Of a stretch of 64,000 bases of DNA, positions 25,420 to 38,689 are shown one piece after another. Positions within the stretch are counted from its first letter, which is position 1, and every line of letters begins with the position of its first letter. Both the position numbers and the translations under genes were made by a program. The notes beneath the pieces are model-generated. The model saw only the letters and a program-made list of their open reading frames with translations, was not told the origin of the DNA and ran no database searches. The stretch comes from Glaucostegus cemiculus (taxonomy: Eukaryota): the NCBI GenBank assembly GCA_976551045.1, contig CDPCPM010000005.1:2852001-2916000 (forward strand), written 5' to 3'.

Positions 25420-25568
25420 ACTCTATCAGCATATCCTTCCGATTCTTTACCCATCACCTGTTTATCCAGTTCTGATGCAGGGTCTTGACCCGAAACGTCG
25501 GCAATTCCTTCTCCCCCACAGATGCTGCTCGACCCGCTGAGTTCCTCCAGCATTTTCTTTTTTGCACC
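25420..25568 (+). mobile_element. PLE 3' fragment with hammerhead motif (25467-25504)
   Basis: CAGTT-CTGATGC-AGGGTCTTGACCC-GAAA-CG-TC, then ACAGATGCTGCTCGACCCGCTGAGTTCCTCCAGCA. Confidence 0.78.
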
Positions 25569-28500
25569 AATAATGTATTTTATTTCAGTCACAAAAATGA
25601 TTGCAAAATTGCAAAAAAAGAGTAATGTCGTTGCTCAAAGTAATTTATTGTTTGCTAAACACTGAGATGTTTTAGGGGTTTGATAAAACTTTGCATAAAC
25701 ATTCATTGTTTTGTTGATATATAACCAAATGTTTTACTTTACAATACTTCATTTCAAATCAGTAATGTAGTGCTGTTTTTGTGATTTTCCTGGCAGCCAA
25801 TTCTCTACCAACATAACAAAGGAAAGTGGAAGAAAAGATCAGCGGGACCATCAAGTCTGAAACATAATGAGGTGTTTCCACCTTGGTCTTCCATTACGTC
25901 AAACTTTAAGAGACCGATGCCTGTGAATGAGCCCCCATCAACCACTTTGTGGAATCCTTTCTACAGACTCACAGTACGCATAGTAGCCCTGGGAAAAGTG
26001 AATCTGCAAATTGATGATCATTTACAGAACAACCAAATCCAACTGCATAAACACCTGTGGCAAACTCCCAGACGTAAAGCAGGGCTAACCTCAAGGATCC
26101 TTCACATTTCAGGTTTGAACACTGCTCTTTACAAGATGGGAATGCAGAGAACCAAAAAATGGAGAAAAAATTGAAAGTAAGAATTCGAGAAGCTTGGCAG
26201 GGCTCAGTTTTCTTTTAAAAGATCATGCAATGAATTTGGAGATTTGGTCGAAATAGATATGACAAAACACTCATAAACAAGTGGAAATGTGGCCAATAAA
26301 CTGAACTGTTAAGTAACTGAATTGGAGGTGGTCATATTTTAAACAACTACTTGTTTAATATGTCATTTACAAAGGTAATGAAGAATTCAACTGATAAAGT
26401 AAAGCTTCTGCATTTTCTTATGAGACCCTTGTTTTGGGTTTGATAGTTTGTTCATGTTGATTACCTCACCCTCATTAAGTTAATTCAAGCATATTTTTTC
26501 AAGCTTATGTTACTAAAATTTCAAATAGAAATATGTTTCTGGTGTCAGGGCTCTTTATCCAAAAATGAATCGTGGCTTCTTGTGATCTGAATTCCAGTGG
26601 GAGAGAAGTTGTAAAAGGGAAGGGATTTACACTGGATTTACACGTATACAATTTCAGTTAAGTAGCCAAGGTCAATTTAACAGCCCTGCTCCTTAAGGTC
26701 ACATTTACCACCCAGCTTTAGAAGCCACATGCAGTGAGCATTCTGGTGAATTTGTGGAGTGTACATGTACTTCACTAAGAAGGCCTGATTTACATTCCTC
26801 AGCAGTCAGTGGGATTTGATTTAATGAGGTCTGTCGTGTTGTCAGAAAATCAGCTCCTGTGGGTGTGGAAGGAAGAGGAATGAAGCAGCTGCCTTTTACC
26901 TCCAGGAGTTCTGTGGCTTTTCTTTTCCTTTTTTTTTGTGGCTATGCTGACCACAGCCTGCATCAGCTGTTGTCCTCTGTTTCTCAGTGTGGGGGAGACG
27001 GGGTTCCTAGGTGACAGCTCGAAAAGGAACAAAAAAGCCCAAAGCAGTTCAGAACCTACTGCATTTATTGAGCAAGTCATTATGGGGTCCCCTTTTTCTG
27101 GCAACTGCAAAGGCAAAATCCTAAGAAAATTGTAATTTTCAGAAGTATCACCTGTTCAGTTCTGTGAGCAATTTTGTGATCGAGGCATTTCCCAAAGATA
27201 ACTTGTTAACAATCTAAGTATGTATTATCAATGTAAGTTCATGAACAGAGGGTTAAATCAGTCAATGCCACTGGAATTCAATGGGAAACAACATACATTC
27301 TTTGAGACCTTTACTACTACAAGGGATTTTAAAATTAATTTCAGCCATACAACAAAAGATAAAGAATTGATATGTTCATCTAAGAGCATGTGTGTGGAGA
27401 AGTCAGAAAAATATATATTAAAGTGCATTTGCTGCAATCACCGTTAAGAGTATGTAATAACATTGTGACTCCAGTTACTTAGATTTTCCTTCTTTTATAA
27501 TGTCTAGTGATCCCAACAAACTGCCAAAGGTTGAGAGCAAGGTACCTCAGCACCTTCTCAAGGCCTTAAGAGATAGCCCTACATGACAGACTTCTCAGCG
27601 ATGCCCACCGCTCAAGACTGAATTAAAGAGGCAGGAAGCTGCGTAATTCCAGAAAGAAATGGTTGTGGTTATTTTAGTATTATTAGTGGGTCAGGGCCTC
27701 TGGCTGAAGAGTTTCAAATACGGCAATTCAGAAAAGGGGGCACAGATTATTGAGGAATAGCTTTAAGAACTTTAGAGCAGGACAGGGAAATGGAGATAGG
27801 CAATAGTTGCTGAGATGGAATTGGAAGTCAATTTTATGAGGATGGGTGATGACAGCAGTTTTGAAAGAGAGAAGGAATCAATGATGATTGATTAAGTTAT
27901 ATGTCATCAGTAGATGGCTGACATGCTAATGCCTATTTACACCAAATTATAGATAACATGAAAACTACACAACTTGGAAATAATTCTGGAACACACAATA
28001 TATGATAATTTTGCTTCCCATATTATGGGAGCAAATTTACCACTTTCAAGATCACAGATCTAGAGCAAAAATACATTTGCATATCGCCTCTGGAAATGCA
28101 AACAGATTCTCTCTACAAAGTAGTAAGGACTCAGATTTCCCTGGAGCTGCTTGTCCTATGAGAAGTCTCTAAAAGATATTTTGAAGAGCAATGCAAAGAG
28201 CCTGAGCACTAGAAATAAAGTGGAAAATAGAGAAGCTTTGGGGAAACAAGCAAATGCCCAGTCAAAGAGGGTTTGGAGGAGGGTCTTGAAAAACAAGGAA
28301 TGGTGTTGTCCAATGTGATTTAATGCTGCATTTTTCCAACATTTCTTTGACAAATTTCTAGACCCTTTTCCCACAACTTTTCCGAACTAAAATCTATCAA
28401 ACTAAGATTTCTAGATGTGCAAATTTCCTAGAAGGTCTGACTCTAATTTTAAGGTTATGCCTCCTTGTTCTGGAAACTGCCAGCCTCCAATATCCCATCC

Positions 28501-29639
28501 ACACCCCAACACTAGCACTTTCTTCCTACCTGATATTTGTCTTAATCATTTTATTTTGAGCATCATGAGTTTTCTGGCAACAAGATTCCTGAAATCCTGC
28601 ATCTCTCTTTTGTTTCCCTTCAATCTCCATGTACCGCAGGGTTCTTACCACTTATTGATCTGTGTCTGTATTTCCTCCAATGCCTTTTGCTCAGGCTGAT
28701 ATAAAGAGATGACTGTAATTCTGGGAAAGTTGTTCTTGGTTCCAGTGCAGTCAATGCTAAAGAGAGAGACAGATCTGTAACTATTGCACAGTTGTAGGCT
28801 ACCACTGGATGAGAATGACTGCTGAGTGAAAGGGCCTAGCAGAGAACACTTAGTCAGTCAATTAAACACTGGAGTCAGCAGGGCAGCAAGGCGCCCCTTA
28901 TGAAACTTTACAAAATCACTGGGGTAGCTGCCTGCCCAAGGGAATGCCCAAGGAAGCAGAGGAACAATTTCAGTATCCACCTTGTGAAAAGTTATTATTT
29001 ATTCTCTGAGTCTTTTCACCTCTCTGATAACTTTGAGAGGGTAAGGAGTTTATAAATCTCTTGCTGCCTTCCATTATCTTCTGGCATATTCAGTTTCTCG
29101 TAAAGATCTTAAAAAGGCTAAATTAATTTCCATCTGCTTCCATGTAATGAGCTCAGATAGATATTATATAGCCATTCAACTTGCCTCCTTGGTCACCTGA
29201 TTGAAACAGTGACAATCAGGCATGCATCCATCACTTGACCTAAACCAATTCCATTTTTTATTGTTGAACCAAACTGAGACCCTCTTTCTTTTCTCTGCAT
29301 GCAACTGCGTGCACATGTGTGCATGTGTGTATTTGATTAAAGAGGCCACTTGGCTCATCATGCATATGCTGACACTTTGGTGAAGCTACCCCATTAATCC
29401 CAAGCAATGCTCTTTCCTTTGCTTCCTTTGCACTATCAGGCAGTATATTCCAAAATGCAACATCTTGCATTCACACAACACTTTTAGCATAGAAAGTATA
29501 TCAATGAGCTCAGAAGAAGGTAAAATAAATTAAATACATTATGTAAAAGTAAGGAAGAACTGGTAGGACATTTAGTAAAGGCAACTGAATGGTTGGAAAA
29601 ATTGCATTTGTGTAGAGAAAGGAGTGGAGTAGCAAAAAG

Positions 29640-30990
29640 TGCTCAGGAAGTCCTGGGACCAAAGTAGAAGCAGGTCAGTAGGAATGCACAGAATGACAGT
29701 TTCAAAGCATGGCAGATTTGGCATGAAGCTGAAGCAGGTCACAGATGCAGAAAGTCCATTGATTGTCACAAAAGGATACAAGATGGGGACAAGGATGTTC
29801 AAGGCACTTCAATGCAATTGAATTTTAGAGGAGATAACGTGGAGGATTAATGAACTATTGCGATTGATGACATTTACATGGAGTTTATTGTGGCTTTTGA
29901 CAGGATCCCACGTATCAGACTGCTCTGCAAAATAAAAGCTGATGACATCTGAGGGAAAGTGGCAAATTGGATCGAAAATTGGTTCAGTAGCAGAATGCAA
30001 AGGGTAATAGTTTGTGAGTGTTTCTGCGACTGAAAGGATGATTGCATTGAAGTGCCATGAAGCTTAAAGGTCCCTTGCTGCTTCATATCAGTGATTTAGC
30101 CTTATATGTAGGAGACTAGGTTAAGAAGTTTGAAAATGATTTAAAATTAGCCATGTAATTGATAGAGAGGAAGAATATTGTAGACTGCAGGAAGTCTGGT
30201 CTGGTCAGGTGGTAGAAAAGTGGCAAATGGCATTCAGTCTTGGGAAGTGTGAGGTAATGCATTAGGGGAGAACAAAAAAGGCAAGGGAATGCATAATAAA
30301 TTGTAGGATATAGAGAAGAATAGAGGACAGAGGGAACTTAAAGTGCACATCCACAGATCTCCAAAGGGAACAGGACAGGAAGATAAGGTAGATAAGACAA
30401 AACTTTATTTTCCCTAATTAGCTGAGGCATTGAATGTAGGGGATAGGGGAATCAATCTGGAAGTGTGTCATATACAAGTTAGGACATAGCTAATGCATTC
30501 AGTTCTGGTCACATTACAGGATGTGATAGCATGACAGATTGTACAGATGAGATTTATAGGGTCATTGCTAAGACAGGAGAAAAATAGTTATGAGAAAAGA
30601 GTGGCCAGTTTCCTTAAGAACTGAAGTGACCGAGGGGAAATTTAAGTGAGGTGCATGGAACTAAAGGTAATTTAGACAGAACAGGGAAGAAGGGACTATT
30701 ACATTGAGCAGAGAGGTCACTTACCAGGGGTATAGATGTAAAGTAGCTAGTAGCAGGATTGGGAGGAATTGACAAAAGTATTTTCATCCGGAAGTTGGTG
30801 TGAGCCTTAAATTCAATGACTGAATGGGTGTGGAAGCAGAAATCCTCATCGTGTTTAAAAAGAGAATTGTATGGTCTCTATGAGACCAAGGACCAGAAGC
30901 TGGGAAATGGGTTGGGCTGGATGGCTTTTTTTCCAGCAGGTGTGGACACAGTACACAAGATGACCTTCTGTGAAGTAAATCTGACAACAT
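29640..30990 (+). mobile_element. Old degraded CR1 RT region and 3' end
   Basis: Recognisable decayed motifs (GGCTTTTGACAGGATCCCAC, AAGTTTGAAAATGA, GTGGCAAATGG..AAGTGTGAGGTAATGCA, TTCAGTTCTGGTCAC) with many stops. Confidence 0.8.
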
Positions 30991-31064
30991 TTTGCATTTG
31001 TGGAGCCAGAACGTTGAATGGGTGAGCTGAACTTAAGTTGATGGAAGGCGGGGTACCCAACAAT

Positions 31065-32055
31065 TGTAATAAAAACGGAAAGTGCCAGAAATATTCAGCA
31101 GGTTAGCCAGCATCTATGGAATTAACCTTTCTGATTAATAACCCTTCTTCAGAATTGTTGAAATGAGGAAAACAAATATATTTCAAGTTGAGGTGAAGGG
31201 GTGGGAAGGGCACTAGAGGAATGTCTGCGACGAGGTGGACACTGCAATTGATCAGGTAACACAATGCTTTCAGAGATGTCTGATTGATAGAACTGGAAAT
31301 CTGAAACAAAAGAAAACGTAATGTTGGAAATATTCAACAGACAAGGCAGCATCTGTGAAGACAGAAAAGAAATGACTGGTTATCTGAAGTAGCTGAATCC
31401 AACAATCTCCCAACCCAGTGTATTGCATTCAGTGCTCACAATGTGGTCAAACTAAACGCAGATTGGGTGACTGCCTTGCATTCTGTCTGCAAATGTGACC
31501 TTCAGCCTCCAGTTGCCTGGCACTTTACTTCTCCATCCCACTCCCACTCTGACTTCACTATCTTTGGTCTCCTGCAGTGTTCCAATGAAGCCCACAGAGT
31601 GTCAAGGAACAGCATCTCATCTTCCAGTGCTCAGCCTCAATGTTAAATTCAATTATTTCATATAACCAGATTCTTCTGTGGATGTCAGAACTGGCCATTT
31701 CTAACGTACGTTCATCAACCTTAACTCAATTTTGCTCCCTCCACAGATGCTGTCAGGTCTTCTGCATACTTCCAGAATTCTCTTTTGTTTCAGCTGCTGT
31801 GTTCTGCCTGTCACAGGTCTGGCATGATTTTTTTTCTATTCCCTCTCTATCCCTAACTCCAAAAGCATCGTGCCATCTGGATATCCTGGGTCTACACTGA
31901 TATTTCCTTTGTTCTCTTCATTCCTCTCCCTCTCTGTACATTTGCTTTCTCATTATTCGGTTCAGATGAAAGGTCAGTGACCTGAAAAGCTGACTCCATC
32001 TCCCTCTCCACAGAGTCTGCCTGACCTGTTGAATATTTCCAGCACTTTCTGCATC
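31065..32055. mobile_element. Old Penelope-like element: inverted and tandem pLTRs plus GIY-YIG endonuclease C-terminal remnant
   Basis: Plus-strand PVAWHFTSPSHSHSDFTIFGLLQCSNEAHR (~31505-31600) resembles the PLE endonuclease C-terminus; minus-strand pLTR tails at ~31068-31150 and ~31290-31370, plus-strand tails at ~31740-31795 and ~31960-32055. Confidence 0.75.
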
Positions 32056-32063
32056 TACAGTTT

Positions 32064-32355
32064 TAGTGTAGTGGTTGGCGTAACACTATTACAGCGCCAG
32101 CGACCCGGTTTCAATTCCGGCTGCTGCCTGTAAGGAGTTTGTATGTTCTCCCCGTGTCTGCATGGGTTTCCTCCGGGTGCTCCGGTTTCCTCCCACATTC
32201 CAAAGCTGTACAGGTTAGGAAGTTGTGGGCATGCTATTTTGGCGCCAGAAGTGTGGCGACACTTGCGGGCTGCCCCCCAGAACACTCTCGCAAAAAAAGA
32301 TGCATTTCACTGTGTTTCGATGTATATGTGACTAGTAAAGATATCTTAACTTTTA
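32064..32355 (+). mobile_element. V-type SINE, second subfamily
   Basis: Closely similar to the 22322 and 34240 copies. Confidence 0.9.
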
Positions 32356-34239
32356 TTTTAAGGCTTGCTTCTTGGAGATTATGGAAGTTCAAGGCTGGCA
32401 AGTGGCAAATAAGAAAATCACATTCGGGAGGGGAGGAAGGTGACAAAATCCACACAACCATGCAGCTATGAAGTTAATAAGGCAAAGATGGAAAACATAG
32501 CCTCAGGATATGGTCTCAGTGTGGATGAGAAGCCAAGGTTAAACCTCAGCTCCAGCCTAAACAGGATTACAACCTATCACAGGAACTGTTTAAGCTTGAG
32601 CAGTTGTTTGAGGCGATGGTTGGAATAAGAGACAGGGAAAGACAGTCAATGATAGGAGCTAAGCTAATGCCATCAGATGGTGATAGTCTCTGTTCTTGTT
32701 ACAGCACAGAAAATGCTGAATGAGTACTCAATCTAGATTAGAACATCTGAGGCTCTGTCTTTTATATAGGCAAAGCAGCTTTAGAGAGGTATTTTCAATG
32801 AAAGCAGTTCAATGTAACACAATTAAAATAATGAAATGTGCTTTACATTTCTTGAGAAGGAAATTCTCATGTCAGTGCGCATTGTGTATAATTTTCTCAA
32901 TACATTATGAACTAGTTCAGGATAAGCTCATTGTATTCCAGAGGGGTAGTTTACAAGTGAGAAAGAATCGGTAGCTCATTTTACATCACTTCCAATTTAC
33001 TTTTGCATTGACTTCTTGTCTGTTATTTTACGCAAGTGGTGGAGGAGGTTGAAGATAATTGACTGAGAACAGTAGCATGGAGTAAAGGATTAAACTGGTG
33101 CAGTGTGGCCATCCATGGCTCCCCTGTTTGATTAATGCGCACAGAGAAGCCTCAAATTCAACCACAGCTGAGAAAAACTCCAAATATTTCTAATTCCCAT
33201 GACCCCCCTCAATAGTACACTTCGATCTGTCACATAATACCTGATTTTATACAATCATTTCAGGTTCTCTGATTCGTGTTTTCATTTCAACGTGACAGTT
33301 ATTGTTTTAATGGGAATAAATTAGTGGGCAATTTCTGTTTAACACTTGACCATAAATGAATGTAAATAATTTGTTTCAGAATGCTGAATGTAGATGTTTA
33401 CTAGCGGTTTTGAAGAATGCCCACTTTAAACCTGTCAGGGTGGCATGTTTGCTTGAGAAGTTTAAAGCTTCAACAAAATGCTACTGCAATTCTAGCAAAA
33501 TGATTAAGCTTCCCCTATTGCTGCACTGATAAAAAAGATTGGTTGACCAACTAAGAACAGGCACTTCAAAGCACATAGCAGGTAGGGAAATTGTGGCCGA
33601 AAATAAGTCTTTCAGCAAAGTTACTTCTCACCTCCTGTACTGACACAAAGTGGGCAGGTAAAATGGTGAGGTGGATTTCCAATAAGGTTTTTAAAATGAA
33701 TTGCATGCTTTGTTTGTCAAAAGTACATGATGATCAAGAGACTTTTCAACTTCAATTAGATTGCGAAAAAAAAACTCTCCTCCCAGGCCCGTCACATAAT
33801 AGCCGACTACTATGTGGACTGACATAGTCCTAAATTGGATAGTAGCTGCACATGATTTTCCACAGGTTACTTCAACTGTTTGTTAAAGTGGTCTAAATTG
33901 CAAAAAGCAGGAGGTATTTGGGTCTTTATTGTAACAGGTTGGAATGTAATTTGTTCGTTCTGGAAATCTCACTGAAATGGTTGATCAGACATTCACTCCT
34001 GAAGGCCTGGTATCATGAGCAACATCACACAGAGCAATTAGGGATAAATTTGCTAGTAGGCTTCCTGCTTATGCTTGCTTCCATCATCCCACCGTTAGTG
34101 GTCTTCAGCTACCAAAGCCTTAAAACTCTGGAATTCCCATTCTAAACCATTCCACCTTTCTGCCTATCTACCCTCCTTCAAGAATGCTCCTTTAAATTTA
34201 CCCCATTAATCAAGCATTTAGACATCTACCCTAATATCT

Positions 34240-34543
34240 AATAGCAGGCATGGTAGCATAGTGGTTAGCATAATGCTTTACAGCACCAGCAACCCCGGTT
34301 CAAATCCAGCCACTGTCTGTAAGGATTTTGTATGTTCTTCCCGTGTCTGTGTGGGTTTCCTCGGGTTCTCCAGTTTCCTCCCACATTCCAAAGATGTACA
34401 GGTTAGGAAGTTATGGGCATGCTATGTTGGCGCCAGAAGCTTGGCAACACTTGCGGGCTGCCCCCCCAAAATCACTACGCAAAAGATGTATTTCGCTGTG
34501 TGTTTCAATGTACATGTAACTAATAAAGATCTTATTTTATCTT
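34240..34543 (+). mobile_element. V-type SINE, second subfamily, inserted in an L2 fragment
   Basis: Same family; probable TSD ATATCT at 34234-34239 and 34544-34549; L2-like host at ~34060-34575. Confidence 0.88.
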
Positions 34544-36483
34544 ATATCTCTTTTCGTGGCTAAGCATCAGACTCTCTTCAATAATTCTTCATTTACAGGA
34601 TGAAGGTGCTGCTGACAAAGCCAACATTTATTGTCCATTCCAAGTTAACATTCGTGCACTGCTGCAGTCCTGGGGAAATGTGCTTACACAGAGCTATTGA
34701 GTCCAGAGTTGCGGGATTTAGACTCAGCATTGATGAAGGAAGAGTGATACATTTATAAAATCAGGATAGTGCATATCTTGGTGGGGTTCGTGGGGCCTGG
34801 GGAGACACCCACATTTGATCTCATGTATTGCCACGTGCCCAAAGCCCTTCAATAGTAGTTTGCTCTCATGTAGAATTTTGGGATACTTTACTTCAATGAA
34901 GGATCTTACATGAACATCAGTTGTTATTGAAATACAAGTCATGAAAGATCCTTTTTACACAAGACTGATCTTGTCTAATTCCAAATTTTCCCAATGCCCA
35001 GTGGTAGTTTGGCTGAACTGTTTTCTTTATATTCAGACTCTGAGCCACTTCCAGTGTGACCTGGCCTTTCACACTTCCACTAGGCTTCACCAGTAGCCAC
35101 CAGCTATCATACTTAAGGGTGGATTGAGGGGGATTTACACCTTGCTGGCTGCTTTTGTCTGGATTTCATGTACTTCTTTCCAAGAATTCCTTCAGTCTTT
35201 TGGAGGTCTTTGCTCTCATATTTTCCATCACTTTTTCACTGTTATTGTCATTTAGCTCACGCTGGAAAATTCTTTCATTTGAGGTTGTTAGTAACTTCTC
35301 ACTTGTAACAGTGATCTAAAAGCGAGGAATTTTAGAATTCCCCAGTTGGTTCTTAGAAGCTGTCATGAAGTAACCATTAGCCCGAACGCAGGAATTTCAG
35401 ACTGGTGGTCTGTGATGCAGGTGTGGAGTGACTGTTCCATCTGAAGCTGTGCATTTGCATCGACAGCGTCGAAACTATTTTGTAATTTTCCTTGGGCCCC
35501 ACTTTCAAGCTGTCAAGAGGGGACAACTCTGGATTGATTTGCAGTAAACACACCAGTGTTACTGTTCTGCCCAGTTAATTAGCTCAGCTCAATGATTTGT
35601 TAAGTTTCTGATGGTAAATAATTCAGGTGTCCATTTAGGGTTGGCAGAAATAATCCACTCTGACAGCTGGATATACCCACTTGATCTTTAGATATGCAGT
35701 GACATTACTTTACTCTTACCATGAAAATATTTTCTATATTAATACCAAAAGGACAGTTGATGAGCAAGTTTGATGAAAACCTGTTATGGAAGAGAACGTG
35801 ATCAGTAAATCCTCAGTCCCTATAAGAATCACTTACTGAATGAGAGGTCTGGGAGGTGGTTATTCTTCAATATCCACCAAAGTCTCTTGGGATGGCAATG
35901 GCATTGTTATTAGTGTCTTGTACTGAATCATAGGGAGGTCTTTGGCAGCACAATGGCTTTGTTGGACCCTTTTAGCTTTCAGATACAAATACTGTCACAT
36001 GGGTTAGGAAATGGATGGCCTGAACATGACACTGATTTGATAGGTAGCGGGCTCATCCAGTCCTGGGCCAATTGTGTCCTCTCAATAACCTGAGAACATT
36101 GAATGATTTTTTTATGGGAGCAGTCCACACACTGAACTATGGTGAAAGTAGATAAAGGAGGCAGATTTACAATGTTGCACACATCCCCATGGCAACTGTA
36201 TGAAGATTCAGAACCATGTTGGGGACCTCAGTCTGGAGTTAAGAAAAGTAGGCAGTGCCATACTCTGCAGGCAATCTACAGTTATTTACAGGTATTGCAT
36301 GGCATTGTACAACGCCTAAATGATTCCAGAAGACAGCGGTCCTGAGATCGCAAATTTCTTTTCTGTGCTTTTTGGGGAATCTGAGTCGCTTGCTCTGAAA
36401 TAAGACATGAGCTGGCCATATGGTCAGCAGATTCCTGATTCTGCACAGCCATCATGTTCCTCTTGGCTCTGGTTTTGTATTGA

Positions 36484-36940
36484 CATGGAATATAGAACAT
36501 TACAACACAGTATAGGCCCTTCAGCCCACAATGTTGTGGCGACATTTTATCCTGCTCTAAGATCTATCTAACCCTTCCCTCCCACGTAGCTCCCCATTTC
36601 TCTATCATTCACTTTTCTACCAAAGAGTCTCTTAAATATCCCTAATGCATCTGCCCCCACAACCTCTGCCAGCAGTCCATTCCATGCACCCACCACGCTC
36701 TGTAAAAAAAACTTACCCTTTATATCTTCCTTCAATCAACTTAAAATTATGTCCCCTCATGTTAGTTCTTGCCACCCTGGAAAAAAGTCTCTGACTGTCC
36801 ACTGGATCTATGCCTCTTATCATCTTGTACACCTCTATCACGTTACCTCTGTCATCATCCTCTCCAAAGAGAAAAGCCCTAGCTCACTCAACCAAGCCTC
36901 ATAAGATATGCTCTCCAATCCAGGCAGCATCCTGATAAAT
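36484..36940 (-). mobile_element. CR1 3' fragment, same subfamily as 12012
   Basis: Shares TTTTATCCTGCTCTAAGATCTATCTAACCCTTCCCTCCCAC with the 12012 copy. Confidence 0.9.
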
Positions 36941-37464
36941 TTGTATAGGACTTCACCCTTAAACTACTCCAGTACACTAATATGGTCTGCAGCATGTTGT
37001 TCTGTTGCAGAGTGACTGAGTGAATAAGAAGACAAAATAAGAATGGATTTTAGGAAGTATCTTTGATTTCAATCGTCTTTGGTGCCTCTATCCTCTTCCT
37101 ACTAAATTACAGCCAAGGTGGTCACATTCAAGCTTGAGGGACGGAATGGCTTAATCGTGTTCGCATGTTCCCTTAGGCCATTCCTGCCTCTGGTTGAGTC
37201 TTAACTTACCCAGCAAACAGCAAGATAAACCCGAGATGCTGGAAGTTCAACAGTAATGCACTCTCTTTCAGAGTTTGTGTGAAAATTCCAAGTGACATGT
37301 TTGAAGGTTTCTTTACAGGGCAAATTGTTGAAGAGTTAATGCATTAGGAAGAATTCCAGAGTGATTTACAGGTGCAAGGCAGGCATCCTATGAAATGCAA
37401 TGAGTTAGCTTCACCTTTTTCACTTAATCATAAGTGATTGTAAAAGGGAAAAGAGCATTGGTCA

Positions 37465-37725
37465 ATTGGTACTATTGTCACATGGACCGAGGTACAATGA
37501 AAAATTTTGCTTTGCATGCCATTCATACAGATCATTGAGGTAGTACAAGATAAAACGATAATAGAATGCAGAATGAAGTGTTACAGTTACAGAGAAAGTG
37601 CAGTGCAGGCAGACAATAAAGTGCAAGGTTATGATGAGGCAGATTGTGAGGTCAAGAGTCCATCATATTGTGCAAAGGGACCATTCAGGAGTCTCATAAC
37701 TGAAGGATAGACTTGAGCCTGGTGG
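37465..37725 (-). mobile_element. Rex1/Babar 3' UTR fragment
   Basis: Reverse complement of the 46100-46340 3' UTR. Confidence 0.8.
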
Positions 37726-38689
37726 ATATGCTCTACCCCACTTCTAAAATTCAAAAGAGCAAAATTTCAGAAGCAAAGTAGAATGCTCAGCCACAACTAA
37801 ACAGCTCATTTAGTGTTAATGACCAGGGACAAACTCCTTGGCAATATGTTTCTTGCATACTTTGCCTAGTGTTGACATCTATTTGGTACCTTGGAACTTT
37901 TGACTCATCTGCTTCCATTTGTGCTCTGTAGGACAGTAATGGTTCACACTGGCTTGGAATTTGTGGGAAGCATATGGCAAAGTTCTAAGTGCTTTCTCTT
38001 AAATGAAGCAAATCCAACAGCAGCTTCTATTGTCTGCACATGTACAGTTAGATGTGGAAACTCAAATATTGCCATCAATGATTCCCTGCTCCCCCACATG
38101 TGGACTGTTTGCCAGCTTTCTCCAATTGAATCTGCAGAAATTAGTCAACTGACAAGAACAAGTGGAACTTATGAGCCCTCTGTTTGGGAGAATAAAATCT
38201 CTGAAAACATTAAGCCAAATGTTAAGTCAAATGAGCTTCCAGAGATGTACTGAGCCATAATTATTGCACAACTAATTTTGTATGTAGATTGTCATTTCCT
38301 TAAGTAAATACTTTAAAAGTTCATGTTTTTAAAAAGTTTTTTTTTATAAAATGTTTGGGTTTTATTTCAATCTCATGGCTACTTTCTAATCTTTGTTTCA
38401 TGCTCTGTGAAAGATTTAAAAGTTCATAAAAAATTGCACTTTTTTCCCCAAGTTTGCTGTCTGTGAGAATTTTTCAACATGATTCGTTGCTTAGTTGGAT
38501 TTGATGATGTCACAGTTGTCAGACACCAGTGATCCTCTGGAGCTGACACCTGACAGCAGACGTTGAGTGAGGAGAAACCTGTGGCACAGAGATCACTTGA
38601 TTTTTTTGGGTAGATTTCTTTGAAATCAGTGGTGAGTTCTATCACTTTGCCCCTGACCAGTCTGTTCCAGTAACTACATCACAGTTCCA

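Noticed and set aside
25797-26174. 126-codon open frame after a possible acceptor as a host exon
   Set aside because: No recognisable homology or partner exons; length is within chance expectation for 64 kb.
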